From Malacoraja senta (taxonomy: Eukaryota), in assembly GCA_038087875.1 (NCBI GenBank), contig JAXLNO010000510.1, positions 1 through 38,859 on the forward strand: 38,859 bases of DNA. The letters run 5' to 3'. This document shows positions 1-11,107 of the stretch, one piece after another. Within the stretch, counting starts at the first letter, position 1, and every line of letters starts with the position of its first letter. A model generated the notes under the pieces. It was not told the origin of the DNA. It ran no database searches and saw nothing but the letters and a program-made list of their open reading frames with translations. A program made the translations under genes and the position numbers.

Positions 1-40
1 GTAATTTGCGTGCCAAGGACACGTAAGTGGGACAGGCCCT
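1..40. mobile_element. Terminus of Harbinger/PIF-like non-autonomous DNA transposon (cut by window edge)
   Basis: Ends GTGGGACAGGCCCT followed by TAA, the same terminus as at 31499-31512. GCCAAGGACACGTAAGTGGGACA recurs at ~25025-25047. Confidence 0.7.
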
Positions 41-43
41 TAA

Positions 44-635
44 GAGTCAGGAAGTCGTGATGCAGCTTTACAGGACGTTGGTTAGGGGGGCATTTAGTGT
101 ATTGTGTGCAGTTCTGCTCACCCCATTACACGAGGGATGTGGAGGTTTTGGAAATGATGCTGGATTAAGGGATATGAGCTACAGGGAGAGGTTGGACAGA
201 CAGGGATTGTTTGCTCCAGAATGCCGGAGATTGCATGGAAGTTTGATAGTTATAAAGATATAAGATTATGAGAGGCATAGAGAGTCAGAACTATTTTCCC
301 CAGTATAGAAACATTAAATGCAAGAGGGCAGAGCTTTAAGATAAGAGGGGCAAAAATTTAAAGGAGATGCAAGTTTTTGACACAGAGGGTGGTGAGTACC
401 TGGAACATGCTGGAACATGCTGGAACATGCTGCCAGTGGTGAGTACCTGGAACATGCTGCCAGTGGTGGTGGTGGAGGCAGATATGACAGTGGCGTTTAG
501 GTGTAGAGACTTGGATAGCTGTATGGATATGCACGAATATGGATTATGTGCAGGAAATAAGAGTTGGCATCATGTTTGGTACAGACCTTGTGGGCCGAAG
601 GGCCTGTTCTTGTGCTGTACTGTTCTCTGTTCTAT
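44..635 (+). mobile_element. Degenerate CR1-type LINE 3' fragment
   Basis: QLYRTLVR-like ORF2 motif; 3' tail GGGCCGAAGGGCCTGTT...GCTGTACTGTTCT. Confidence 0.75.
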
Positions 636-1100
636 GAGGGATTGCCTAGATAGTGGGGGGATAAAGAGGAAGAGATTGGATTTGGAGGGAGGGGTGGGTC
701 CATATTTGCACTGATTCCACAGGGCTGTTCAAGCTACTGTTACAGATTTTGGGACAGTTCCTTTGGGACTGTACTTTGCTGAGCCAGTTGGGAGAATCAA
801 TGTGAAGAGTTACTCTGGGATTTGCTGTGTTTCTCGGTCGGCTGAGACACTCTGGGATATTGCAAGCAGCTAGTAGATGTCAGGGATCTGCCAGAATACA
901 GAGCCTTGGTGGGAAGATGGACTGACCTAGTCACACAGCCATCTGTTTCAACATTGACGTGGAAACCTCGGCCCACCAACTAGGCCCAAGCCATGTCTGA
1001 CTATATCTATGGAACAGTATGGCTGACAAGGTGAGTCAGTGAGTGGGGGGAGGAGGGACAGCTTTACACCAAGGGTTGCAAGGAGAAGTGCCAGTAGAGA

Positions 1101-1460
1101 ATTACGTATAAAATTATAAAAGGACTGGACAAGCTAGATGCAGGAAAAATGCTGGGCGAGTCCAGAACCAGGGGCCACAGTCTAAGAATAAAGGGGAGGC
1201 CATTTAAAACTGAGATGAGAAAAAACCTTTTCACCCAGAGAGCTGTGAATTTGTGGAATTCTCTGCCATAGAAGGCAGTGGAGGCCAAGTCACTGGATGG
1301 ATTTAAAAGAGAGTTAGATAGAGCTCTAGGGGCTAGTGGAGTCAAGGGATATGGGGAGAAGGCAGGCACGGGTTACTGATTTGGATGATCAGCCATGATC
1401 ACAATGAATGGCGGTGCTGGCCCGAAGGGCCAAATAGCCTCCTCCTGCACCTATGTTTCT
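1101..1460 (+). mobile_element. CR1-type (HER1-like) LINE 3' fragment
   Basis: YKIIKGLDKL...ESRTRGHSLRIKG...FFTQR.VNLWNSLP motif; nearly identical to the copy at 26645-27064. Confidence 0.9.
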
Positions 1461-1939
1461 AGATAGGGAGGGATGAGTGGACCAGGTCCGTGTGGAAGGC
1501 TGAAGGGGAAGGAGAGGGCAGGATGTGGCTGGCAGTGGCATCATGTTGGAGCCGGCAGAAATATTTACATGCCGGGTCCCCCCCATCGTTCCCGGTGTCC
1601 ACCTCCTTCTCCATCCCTCCTTGCCCGGCCTGCTTGCCCGGAGTGTCCCAGCATGCTGCTTGAGAGAGCGCAAACATTGGAAAGGCCTTTTCGCCATGCA
1701 AGGTGATGTGGGGATGGGACCATTGTCAACTTAGTGCCGTGCTGTTGCAACAAACTGGATCGTGGTCCCTGGTCCCTACAGTGGGGTGGGATGGACCAAC
1801 CGCTGTGCTTCCCCCAAGCCTGAGCTGAGGTGTTCAGCTTGTTTTCATGAACCACAGTGAAAGCAAGAAGGAGCGCTCTCCTCGTAGTCTGGACAATGTC
1901 CTTGTGCCCTCTGTCTGTGCCCTTACACTGGGCACTTAC

Positions 1940-1948
1940 CCTCTGCCC
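1940..1948 (-). other. Candidate 9-nt microexon (GGGCAGAGG)
   Basis: Minus strand reads TTTGTCCCCTTCCTGTGTTGCCTTAG|GGGCAGAGG|GTAAGT: polypyrimidine tract, AG acceptor and consensus donor. Confidence 0.3.
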
Positions 1949-2420
1949 CTAAGGCAACACAGGAAGGGGACAAATGCCCTTGGGTGGGGGGGGGGGGGGG
2001 GTGGCACAAGGGGTTTCGTTTTGTTTAGAGATACAGCACGGAAACAGGTCCTTCGGCCCACCAGGTCCGCGCCCACCAGCGATCCCCGCACATTAACACT
2101 ATCCTACACGCACGAGGGACAATTGTTACATTTACCAAGCCACACCTGCACGTCTTTGGAGCTTTGTGCCAAGGTTTACAGTTGAAGGCAAAATAGTAGG
2201 TGTGTTGGATATGTGGCAATGTACTTGAATTATGGGAAGCAGTGATGTAGCGTAATCCTGAGCCATGCACTGCATCCTGCACTGCAGATGTGACTACACT
2301 TGCAGAGTCATTTCATTCATGTGGAGCTCCAGAGATTATCCTGAAGTATTCAGTAGGAATGCCATGGGCTATTTGCCAAGAGGGTTGAGATAAATTCTCA
2401 ACAACTGAGGGATAACATTG

Positions 2421-2962
2421 GGGTGGCACGGTGGTAGTGTTGCTGCCTTACAGCGCCAGAGACACGGGTTCGATCCTATCTACGGTTACTGTCTACGTAG
2501 TTTGTACCTTCTCCCCAGGACCGAGTGGGTTTTCTCCAGGTGCTCCGGTTTCCTCCCACACTCCAAAGATGTATTCTTTTGCAATTAATTGGCTTTGGTA
2601 AAGATTGCAAATTGTCTCTAGTGTGTGTAGGATAATGCTAGTGTGCAGGGATCGCTGGTCAATAGACAATAGGTGCAGGAGCAGGCCATTCGGCCCTTCG
2701 AGCCAGCACCGCCATTCAATGTGATCATGGCTGATCATCCCCAATCAGTACCCCGTTCCTGCCTTCTCCCCATATCCCCTGACTCCGCTATTTTTAAGAG
2801 CCCTATCTAGCTCTCTTGAAAGCATCCAGAGAACCGGCCTCCACCGCCCTCTGAGGCAGAGAATTCCACAGATTCACCACTCTCTGTGAGAAAAAGTGTT
2901 TCCTCGTCTCCGTCTCTGGTCGGCACGGACTTGGTGGGGCGTTCTGTATCTCTAAACTAAAC
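2421..2962 (+). mobile_element. HE1/V-SINE-type SINE interrupted by a CR1 fragment
   Basis: tRNA-like head with B-box GGTTCGATCC, V-SINE-like core (GGTTTCCTCCCACACTCCAAAGA) and CTAAA tail; split at CTGGTC. Confidence 0.85.
2661..2915 (-). mobile_element. CR1-type LINE 3' fragment inserted in SINE
   Basis: ETRKHFFSQRVVNLWNSLPQ motif; flanked by CTGGTC at 2655-2660 and 2916-2921. Confidence 0.9.
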
Positions 2963-3569
2963 ATAGAATGGAACTGCACACAATCAGGCCATTCGGCCCA
3001 TGATATCTGTGCTAAACATGATGAGAAGTCAGGCAGTGTCTTTGGGGAACATGGGCGTGACATTTCGGGTGGCGACCTTTCTGCAGACACCAGACTTGGA
3101 TGGGCTCTATCTTTCTTCTTGGCCGTGTCGGAGGTTGGGTGGTGACATTCACATCATGAGGGGTTTGGATAAAGTGTAGCTGTCTTTTTCCTCCTATGGA
3201 GGATTTTAAAACCGGGATGAATAGGTTTCAGCTGAGAGTGGAGAGATTTAAGCAAGGCCTCAGGGGAACGTCTTCACTCAAAGAGTAGTCTTTGTCTGGA
3301 ATGAGATGTCAGAAGGAGCAATAGACGTGAATTTAATTACGACTTGTGAGGAATTTGCACAGATCTAAGCCCAATATATTTACTTGGTCGGCAGGGACAG
3401 CGTGGGTTGAGGAGCCAATATCCATCCTGTATAACTCTTCGATTCTATGACTCAAGTGGCTTGTTGTCTCAATCAATAAAGACACTCTGCCCATTAATTA
3501 GTCTGTGCTGTGACTGGGCCCCATGTCTTATGAACATGAACTATTTGTTCTGGACTAACTACAAAACAC

Positions 3570-3905
3570 TCTGGCCAAGAACGCACACCAAAGCCTCTAC
3601 TTCCTCAGAAGGCACATGAAATTCAGCATGTCGCCATGACTCTTGCCCATTTTCTACAGATGCACCCTTTGAAAGCATCCTATCAGTATGCATCACTGCC
3701 AGGTTTGCCAATCGCTCCACCCAAGACCACAGAAGTTGTCGAGTTCTAAACGCAGCGCAGTCCACCAAACTAACTAACTTCCCATTTGTGTATCTGTACA
3801 CTGTGGACGGCTCGATTGTAATCATGTATTGCCTTTCCGCTGACTGGTTAGCACGCAACAAAAGCTTTTCACTGTACCTCGGTACACGTGGCAATAAATT
3901 AAATT
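3570..3905 (+). mobile_element. Rex1/Babar-type LINE fragment with 3' UTR
   Basis: LYFLRR...FYRCT.ESILS.CITA-like remnant; the 3' UTR (GCAACAAAAGCTTTTCACTGTACCTCG) recurs at ~7060, ~14170, ~32800 and ~37870. Confidence 0.7.
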
Positions 3906-4109
3906 CAAACCTGATGCTGGGTTTAATTGTGTGAGGTTTAAATACATCTTTCCTTGACGGAATCTCATTCCACCAGCACATCTACTTTTGGAAGCAGTTA
4001 TAAAAAGAATGAAATCGCGGCCACAGTTAACATCAAGTTACCGCGGCTCTCTCTGGAAGAAAGGAAATCACCAGCGGTCTGTGTGACCATCAATGAATAT
4101 ATAGGGTCG

Positions 4110-4502
4110 TAGGTTATAACAGCAGAATTGGGCCATTCGGCCCATCAAATCTACTCAGCCATTCCATCATGGCTGATGTTTAAGAAAGAACTGCAGATGC
4201 TAGAGAAATCTTCTCCGCCATTCAATCATGGCTGATCTATCTTTCTCTCTCAACCTCATTCTCCTGCCTTCTCCCCATAACCTCTGACACCCGTACTAAT
4301 CAAGAATCTATCAATCTCGGCCTTAAAAATGCCCATTGATTTGGCCTCCACAGCCATCCGTGGCAATGCATTCCACAGATTCACCACCCTCTGACTAAAG
4401 AAATCCATCCTCATCTCCCTGCTAAAGGTAGTCCTTTAATTCTGAGGCGATCGCCTCTAGTCCTAGACTCTCCCACTAGTGGAAACATGCTCTCCACATC
4501 CA
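4110..4502 (-). mobile_element. CR1-type LINE 3' fragments
   Basis: DVESMFPLVGESRTRG motif and CR1 3' tail. Confidence 0.8.
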
Positions 4503-5229
4503 AATAGTTGTGATATTGACAAGGAGGAAGTGGAAGTTGTTGACCGCTGTAGATGCAGACTGGAGTGTGTCCACCATCACACCTCCTGGTCAGTATCCAG
4601 CTCATTCACTTTGTTGACATTGAGGGAGAGGGTGTTGTTCTGATGCCATGTGTCTAAGCTCACAATCTCCTTCCTCTACTCCGTCATGGTCCCGCCTGCC
4701 ACAGTGGTGTCATCTGCAAATCTGTAGATGGAGCCAGAACAGATTTGGCCGCAGCTATAGTCTATATATAGTAAACACTCCAGCGCTGAAGTGGAGAGGT
4801 CAAGGGCTTCAAACTATTTGGATGTAGAGAGGATGTTTCAACTAGTGGGAGAGTCTAGGACCAATGGCCATCACCTCAGCATAAAAAGGAGATGAGGAGG
4901 GATTCCTTTCTGTAAAGGTCCTTGTTATCCAGATGTTCCAGAGGTGGGTTTAGGGCCATGGAGACAGCTCCTGCCGTGGACTGTTATGGTGGTGGTGAAC
5001 CTTCAGTGGGTCAAGGCAGTCCAGGAAGCTGGAGATAACGTGTGCCCTGACCAGTCCATCAAAACACCTCACAGCCCATTAGGTATACCAGCTTACTTTA
5101 GTTTAGAGATACAGCGCGGAAACGGGCATTCTCGGCCCACCGGGTCCGCGCCGGAATGATGGCGGTCTTCTTAAAGCAGGAGGGAACCTCAATTTGGAGT
5201 AGGGAGAGATTAAAGAAATGCAAGAATAC

Positions 5230-5549
5230 TTTAGTTTTTTTAGTTTTAGAGATACAGCGTGGAAACAGGGCCTTCGTCCCACCGGGTCCGTGCCGACCAG
5301 AGACCCCCGCATATTAACACTATGCTACACACGCTAAGGACAATTTTTACATTTGCCCAGCCAATTAACTCACAGACATTTGCGTCTTTGGAGTGTGGGA
5401 GGAATCCGAAGATCTCGGAGAAAAACCCACGCGGTCATGGGGAGAACGTACAAACTCCGCACAGACAGCACCCGTAGTGGGGATTAAACCCGTGTGTCTG
5501 GCACTGCAAACGCTGAAAGGCAGCAACTCTACCGCTGAGCCACCGTGCC
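5230..5549 (-). mobile_element. HE1/V-SINE-type SINE
   Basis: Reverse-complement match to the head, core and tail of the plus-strand SINE copies. Confidence 0.85.
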
Positions 5550-6119
5550 ACCTTCGTTCAGCTGATGGGAGCAAAGAGTAACCCCGTTGGGGGGGGGGGG
5601 AGGGGGGGGGCGGGAAGATCTAAGAGGGACCCGGAGTGGGGGTTGAGAGTGAAGAGTTGATGTGGGGACAAGGACCTTGTGGCCACGTGCGGTGTCAGGC
5701 CTGCTTTGCTGCCGTGAGAAGAGAAAACTACTAAAGCGTTTGAAACGTTGTCGGCCCCAGATACGTGGCGAGTCTTTGTGCGCTGCCTTGGTGAGGCGTG
5801 CTGTGGGATTTGACCGGGTTGCATGCAGAACAAAGCATATCGCTGAACCTGGTGACAGTATCATGGATCCATCATTGGTCTCTCGTGCAAGGACACCACA
5901 GTGACCACTGCTTTCCTCTGGGTTCACTCTCTGCAAGGCCAGCCTGGCATCGGTGACAGTGACCCTGGGCACAGGCTCACCCGACATGTCACACCACCAC
6001 CCCTCTGTTCAAAGCCAGCGTAGAATGTATGGTGCTTGCTGGGGAGAGGGCCATTCTTGCCAGTCATGCTGGCCGACATTGCATTATAATTCAGCATTTC
6101 AAAACATTCTATTCCTTCC

Positions 6120-6680
6120 TCATAGAGTCCAAGTGTTGAAACAGGCCCTTCAGCCCAACGTACCCACACTGGCCAACATGCCCCATCTACACTAGTCCCA
6201 CCTGCCAGCATTTGGTCTATATCCCCCCAAACCTATCCCATCCATGTACCTGTCTAACTGTTTCTTAAATGTTGGGATAGTCCCTGCCTCATCTACCTCC
6301 TCTGGCAGCTCGTTCCATACACCCACCACCCTTTGTGTGGAAAAGTTACCCCTCGGATTCCTATTAAATCTTTTCCCCTTCACCTTAAACCTATGTCCTC
6401 TGGTCCTCCATTCATCTACTCTGGGCAAGAGACTCTGCATCTACCCGATCTATTCCTCTCATGATTTTATCCACCTTTATAGGATCACCCCTCATCCTCC
6501 TGCGCTCCAAGGAATAGAGTCCCAGCCTACTGAACCCGATAGCTCACACCCTCCAGTCCTGGCAATATCCTCGTATAGCTTCTCTTTATCACAACATCTT
6601 TCCTATAACATGGTGCTTTGAACGGAACATAATACTCTATATGTGGCTTCGCCAGCATCTTATATAACTGCAACATCTAT
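6120..6680 (-). mobile_element. CR1-type LINE 3' fragment
   Basis: RTRGHRFKVKGKRFNRN.RGNF.TQRVVGVWNELP...FKKQLDRYM. Confidence 0.9.
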
Positions 6681-7039
6681 ACTGCTGTCCTTATGGTTTT
6701 CCTGACTCCAGCCCTGACTTCTAGTGGTCAGACTACTGCTCCAAGCCCAGTGAAGGACAAGTACAAACATCTCCAGCTATGTCCTTGGATAACCAGCATC
6801 TTTGCCCTTGGTTCCCATAACAACCACGGGCCTCTCATCAGCATTCCATGCTTACACGGGACCGGAGTGAAACTCTGCATGAGTTATTATTTATTCATTC
6901 TCTGGGATCTCTCGAGGCTACTACTCACAATCTCCAGTTATCATTTGAGAAATAGTGACAGTGGTTTCTGAGCGTTCTGTTTTTTAATATAACATAGAAC
7001 ATAAAACAGAATAGTACAGAAACAGGATCGATAGTTTTG

Positions 7040-7355
7040 TCTAGTTTAGTATATTGTCACGTGTCGAGGTACAGTGAAAAGCTTTTTGTTGCGTGCTAAC
7101 CAGTCAGTGGAAAGACAATACACGATTACAATCGAGCCGTCCACAGTGTACAGATACAGGATAAAGGAATACTGTTTAGTGCAAGGTAAAGCCAGTAAAG
7201 TCCGATCAAAGATAGTCCAAGGGTCTCCAATGAGGTAGATAGTAGTTCTAGTTGTGGTAGGATGGTTCATTTGCCTGATAACAGCTGGGAAGAAACTGTC
7301 TCTGAATCTGGAGGTGTGCGTTTTCACACTTCTGTACCTCTTGCCTGGTGGGAGA
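7040..7355 (-). mobile_element. Rex1/Babar-type LINE 3' end
   Basis: LPPGKRYRSVKTHTSRFRDSFFPAVIR motif plus the shared 3' UTR. Confidence 0.75.
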
Positions 7356-7654
7356 GGACCCTTAATGTCTTCTGAACATGTCGCCAAGATGAGTTAATCT
7401 TCTCCACCTGGATGTGATCCGTAAACCTCAATTTCTCTGAATATCCATGTGACGTTTCAAAGGTGAGGGGGAGCGGAAGTCTTGATGTCAGATCTTTACT
7501 GGGCATGAATGCTTTGCAAAATGTCGGTGGATCAATGGATTTCTGTTGAGGCTGTTGGGAAAGTAAAATGTTGCATACTTTGTCAGTTATATTTCAATTG
7601 ATGATATGTGTAAGAAAGAACTGCAGAGGGTGGTGGGCATTTGGAATGAGCTGC

Positions 7655-7835
7655 CAGCACGAGATATATCATCAATTGAACGGGACAGGCAGCATCTCTG
7701 GAGAGAAGGAATGGGTGACGTTTCAGGTCGAGACCCTTTTTCAGTCTGAAGAAGGGTCTCGACCCGAAACGTAACCCATTCCTTCTCTCCAGAGATGCCG
7801 CCTGTCCCGTTCAATTGATGGTATATCTCGTGCTG
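7655..7835. repeat. 181-bp near-perfect palindrome built from a Penelope-derived module
   Basis: 90-bp arms around a 1-nt centre at 7745, with about 5 mismatches by manual alignment. Confidence 0.9.
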
Positions 7836-8536
7836 CACGGCCACAGTCATACAGCAGGGAAATAGGACCTTCAGTTCCACTCCTCTGTGCTGACCAAGGT
7901 GCCCATCCGTGCGTCCCCTTTGCCCGGGTTTGTCCCAACCTATCCATGGACCTGTCCAAATGTCTTCTCCATTTGATTATATTCCCTCCTCTGGCAGCTC
8001 ATTCCAAATGCCCACCACCCTCTGTGGAAAAGGTTGCCCCTCAGGTTTCTATTAAGTCGTCTGCCTCTCACCTTAAGCCTATGTCGCCTAGTTCGTGCAC
8101 ATGGATGTTCAAAAGATATTTATTTATTGTCACAGATGCTATTACACATTATGTAGTGAAAGTTATTGTGCATATAATGCGGGCGTCTCCATGTTTGCTG
8201 CCATTTCATCAAGCTCAATAAAGTTCATAAAGTTATTGATTCTGCAACCCAAGGTAAAGGACTGTGTCCATTCACCTCATGATGTTTCATGTGTAAGAAG
8301 GGACTGCAGATGCTGAAGATAGACACAAAATGCAGGAGCAACTCAGCAGGTCAGACAGCTTCTCCGGGGAAAAGGAATAGGTGATGTTTCGGAGCGAGAT
8401 ATAAGATCACCCATGAGCCTCCTGAGCAAGGAATGAAATCCTAGCCTGCCCAACCTCTCCCTATAAGCTCATGCCCTCGAGTCCTGGCCACATCCCGTAA
8501 ATCTTCCCTGCACCCTTTCCAGCTTTGTCAACTCAA

Positions 8537-8845
8537 GGCGGCATGGTGGCGCAGTGGTAGAGCTGCCACCTTTCAGCGCCAGAGACCCTGGTTCGATCCC
8601 GACTACGGGTGCTGTCTGTACAGAGTTTGTACGTTCTCCCCGTGACCGCGTGGGTTTTGTTCGGGAACTCTGATTATCTCCCACACTCCAAAGACGTACA
8701 GGTTTGGTATTAATTGGCTTGGTATCATTGTTAATTGTCCCTAGTGTGTGTGGGATAGTGTTGATGTGTGGGGATCGCTGATTGGCGCGGGCTAGGTGGG
8801 TTGATGCGTTTACACACTGTATCTCCAAAACTAAACTAAACTAAA
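8537..8845 (+). mobile_element. HE1/V-SINE-type SINE
   Basis: A-box-like GGTGGCGCAGTGGT, B-box GGTTCGATCCC, core and (CTAAA)n tail. Confidence 0.9.
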
Positions 8846-9609
8846 ATGACACATGTATACTTTAGGTGGAGCAAAGGGGAAATTATAGGGGGCAGAATAT
8901 AGGTCAACGGTGGTTTTATTGTCGTATGAGACATTATTTTTTTGCATACAATCTAGTACAGTGTTGTCATACCTAAGTACTTCCTCATTTAGCAAGTGTA
9001 GAGAAATAGTCTGCTGAGTCCGTTTGCACGAGGCGCCAAGTTCTGGCGCAGTTTTCAAAGTCCAGTCTGCGCTCTCGTTCTAGTGAGCGTGTCGTGTTCC
9101 AGGCGAGACCCAGGCTGTTGCAGGCCTCCAGCCATCGCCTTACTTTGGATGCTCTTCGCCTGTCCCTCCCCTCGCCCATCACTCCCCTCGCCCATCTCGC
9201 CCGTTGTCGTCGTTGCTCCATCCTCATTGTAGCGCATCAATCCCACAGATGAAGTCCAATGGCCTCAATGGGGTAGGTGTAAATCGGACAGTACCCTAAC
9301 TTAATGAAGGCTGATAACAGAGGGGATGAAGTTATCCCTGAGTCGAGTGATACGCGCTGTCATGTTTCTGTACCTTCTGCCCAACTGTAGCAGGGAGAAA
9401 CAGAAATGATCCTGGTGGGACAAGCCTTGGGTTATGTTGGATGTTTTTCCAAATACATGTATGTGATTCTTGTTTGTTTATGATGTGTTTTACAGAGTAC
9501 GATGTTCACATATCTGTTGTGTTGCTACAAGTAAGAATTGCGTTGTTCGGCTCCGGGACAGGTGACATAAAACACTCTTGACTTGACTCTTTGATTTTTT
9601 TTCTTCCAG

Positions 9610-9654
9610 CTGCAATTGGACAAAAGAAGCCACAAGATCAACATCCTCGGTGAG
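9610..9654 (+). other. Candidate 45-nt exon (LQLDKRSHKINILGE in phase 0)
   Basis: TTTTTTTTCTTCCAG acceptor and GAG|GTGAGA donor; length is a multiple of 3; no recognised homology. Confidence 0.3.
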
Positions 9655-9954
9655 GTGAGACTTGGTTCTTTCTCTCTGGGAAGATTCTGCCTGCAAGTCG
9701 GAGTCCCAGTGGGTTCACTGTGTGTGGGCCTAAGGGTGGGCTGACAAGGGGACTGAGCCAGAGTACAAGGCTCTCTTGTGGCATGTGAGTTCCCTGGGTG
9801 GGGGAGGCCGGGTCATTGGAAGCATTTGAGGTGGAGATGGACGAATATTTCAAAGATCGAGGGAGTGGGGGTGAAGGGGAACTTGCACGATAATGGTACG
9901 ATACGACACGATAGAACTTTAGTTATCCCAGGAGGGAAATTGAGAGTTGAGACT

Positions 9955-10272
9955 ACGGAGGAGCAGCGGATGAGTTGCTGCCTCACAGCGCCAGGGACCC
10001 AAGTTTGATTCGGACTACGGGTGCTGTCAGTACGGAGTTTGTACGTTCTCCCCGTGACCTGCGTGTGTTTTCTCCAAGATCTTCGGTTTCCTCCCACAGT
10101 CCAAAGACGTACAGGTTTGTAGGTTAATTGGCTTGGTGTAAGTGTAAATTATCCCTAGTGGGTGTAGGATAGTGTTAATGGGTGGGGATCGCTGGTCGGC
10201 ACGGACTCGGTGGGCCGAAGGGCCTGTTTCCACGCTGTATAACTAAACTAAACTAAATTAAACAAAACTAAA
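9955..10272 (+). mobile_element. HE1/V-SINE-type SINE
   Basis: Head, core, GGGCCGAAGGGCCTGTTTCC tail and (CTAAA)n. Confidence 0.9.
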
Positions 10273-10309
10273 CATGCATAGATGAGCTACGCTGGTACTG
10301 AATGTTAGG

Positions 10310-10700
10310 CCCGCTGCCTGGATTAGAGGGTTTCAGCTGCAGGGAAAAGTTGCACAGACTTGAATTGTTTTCTCTGGAATGTGTGAGTTTGAGTGCAGAT
10401 TTGATAGAAGTATATAACATTAGGAGACATAGATGGGGTAGACAGTCACAACCTTTTTCCCGGGGTGGATTTGTCCAACACTAGAGGGCACAGCTATAAG
10501 GTGAGGGGGGAAAGTTTAATGTAGATAGATGTACGGGGCAAGATTATTGCCACAGAGGGTGGTGGGGGCCTGGAACACACTGCTGCTGGGGGTGGGGGTG
10601 GTGGTGGTGAGGCAGATACGATAGTGAGGTTTAAGAAGCTTTTAGACAGGTGTAGGGAAGTGCAGGGAATCGAGGGATATGGATTATGTGCAGACAGATG
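10310..10700 (+). mobile_element. Degenerate CR1-type LINE fragment
   Basis: LPGLEGFS.RE.L.RL.LFSLE...DLIEVY motif. Confidence 0.7.
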
Positions 10701-10796
10701 CTCTCCATTTAACTTGGGATCTAATGTTCTAATGCTGGGTCAGATTTGAGGTGCCGAGTATTATTTTCCTGTTCTTATGCTCTTGTGTTTCTATTA

Positions 10797-10990
10797 CTCT
10801 GAGTACTCCCCGGTGCTCATGGAGTAATAGTTCTGAGTGCCGCAGTGCTCAGGGAGTAATAGCTCTGAGTACTTCAGTGATTGGGGAGTACTGGCTCTGA
10901 TTACTCTGCTGTGCTCAGGGAGTAACAGTGTTGAGTACTCCCCCAGTGCCCAGGGACTAACGACTCAGTACCCCAGTGCTTGGGGAGTAG
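10797..10990. repeat. Degenerate ~33-bp tandem repeat (about 6 units) with internal dyad symmetry
   Basis: Consensus approximately CTCTGAGTACTCCCCAGTGCTCAGGGAGTAATAG; TACTCC...GGAGTA arms in most units. Confidence 0.75.
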
Positions 10991-11107
10991 CATGCTGCGT
11001 GTATCAGTCAGAGTGACAGGTGTACAGGTAGTTCCTGACGCTGCTGTCCCCATAGCTTTAAATGGGATGATGTGGGATGACCTCAGTTTTCCAGCCCATC
11101 CCGTCAC

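Noticed and set aside
8537..8605. tRNA-like A/B boxes (also in the other SINE heads)
   Set aside because: These are SINE heads continuous with the V-SINE core, not cloverleaf tRNA genes.
9103..9272. Possible plus-strand exon ending MKSNGLNG|GTAGGT
   Set aside because: The segment reads like the body of a minus-strand repeat ending near an AATAAA at ~8914-8919; no recognisable protein.
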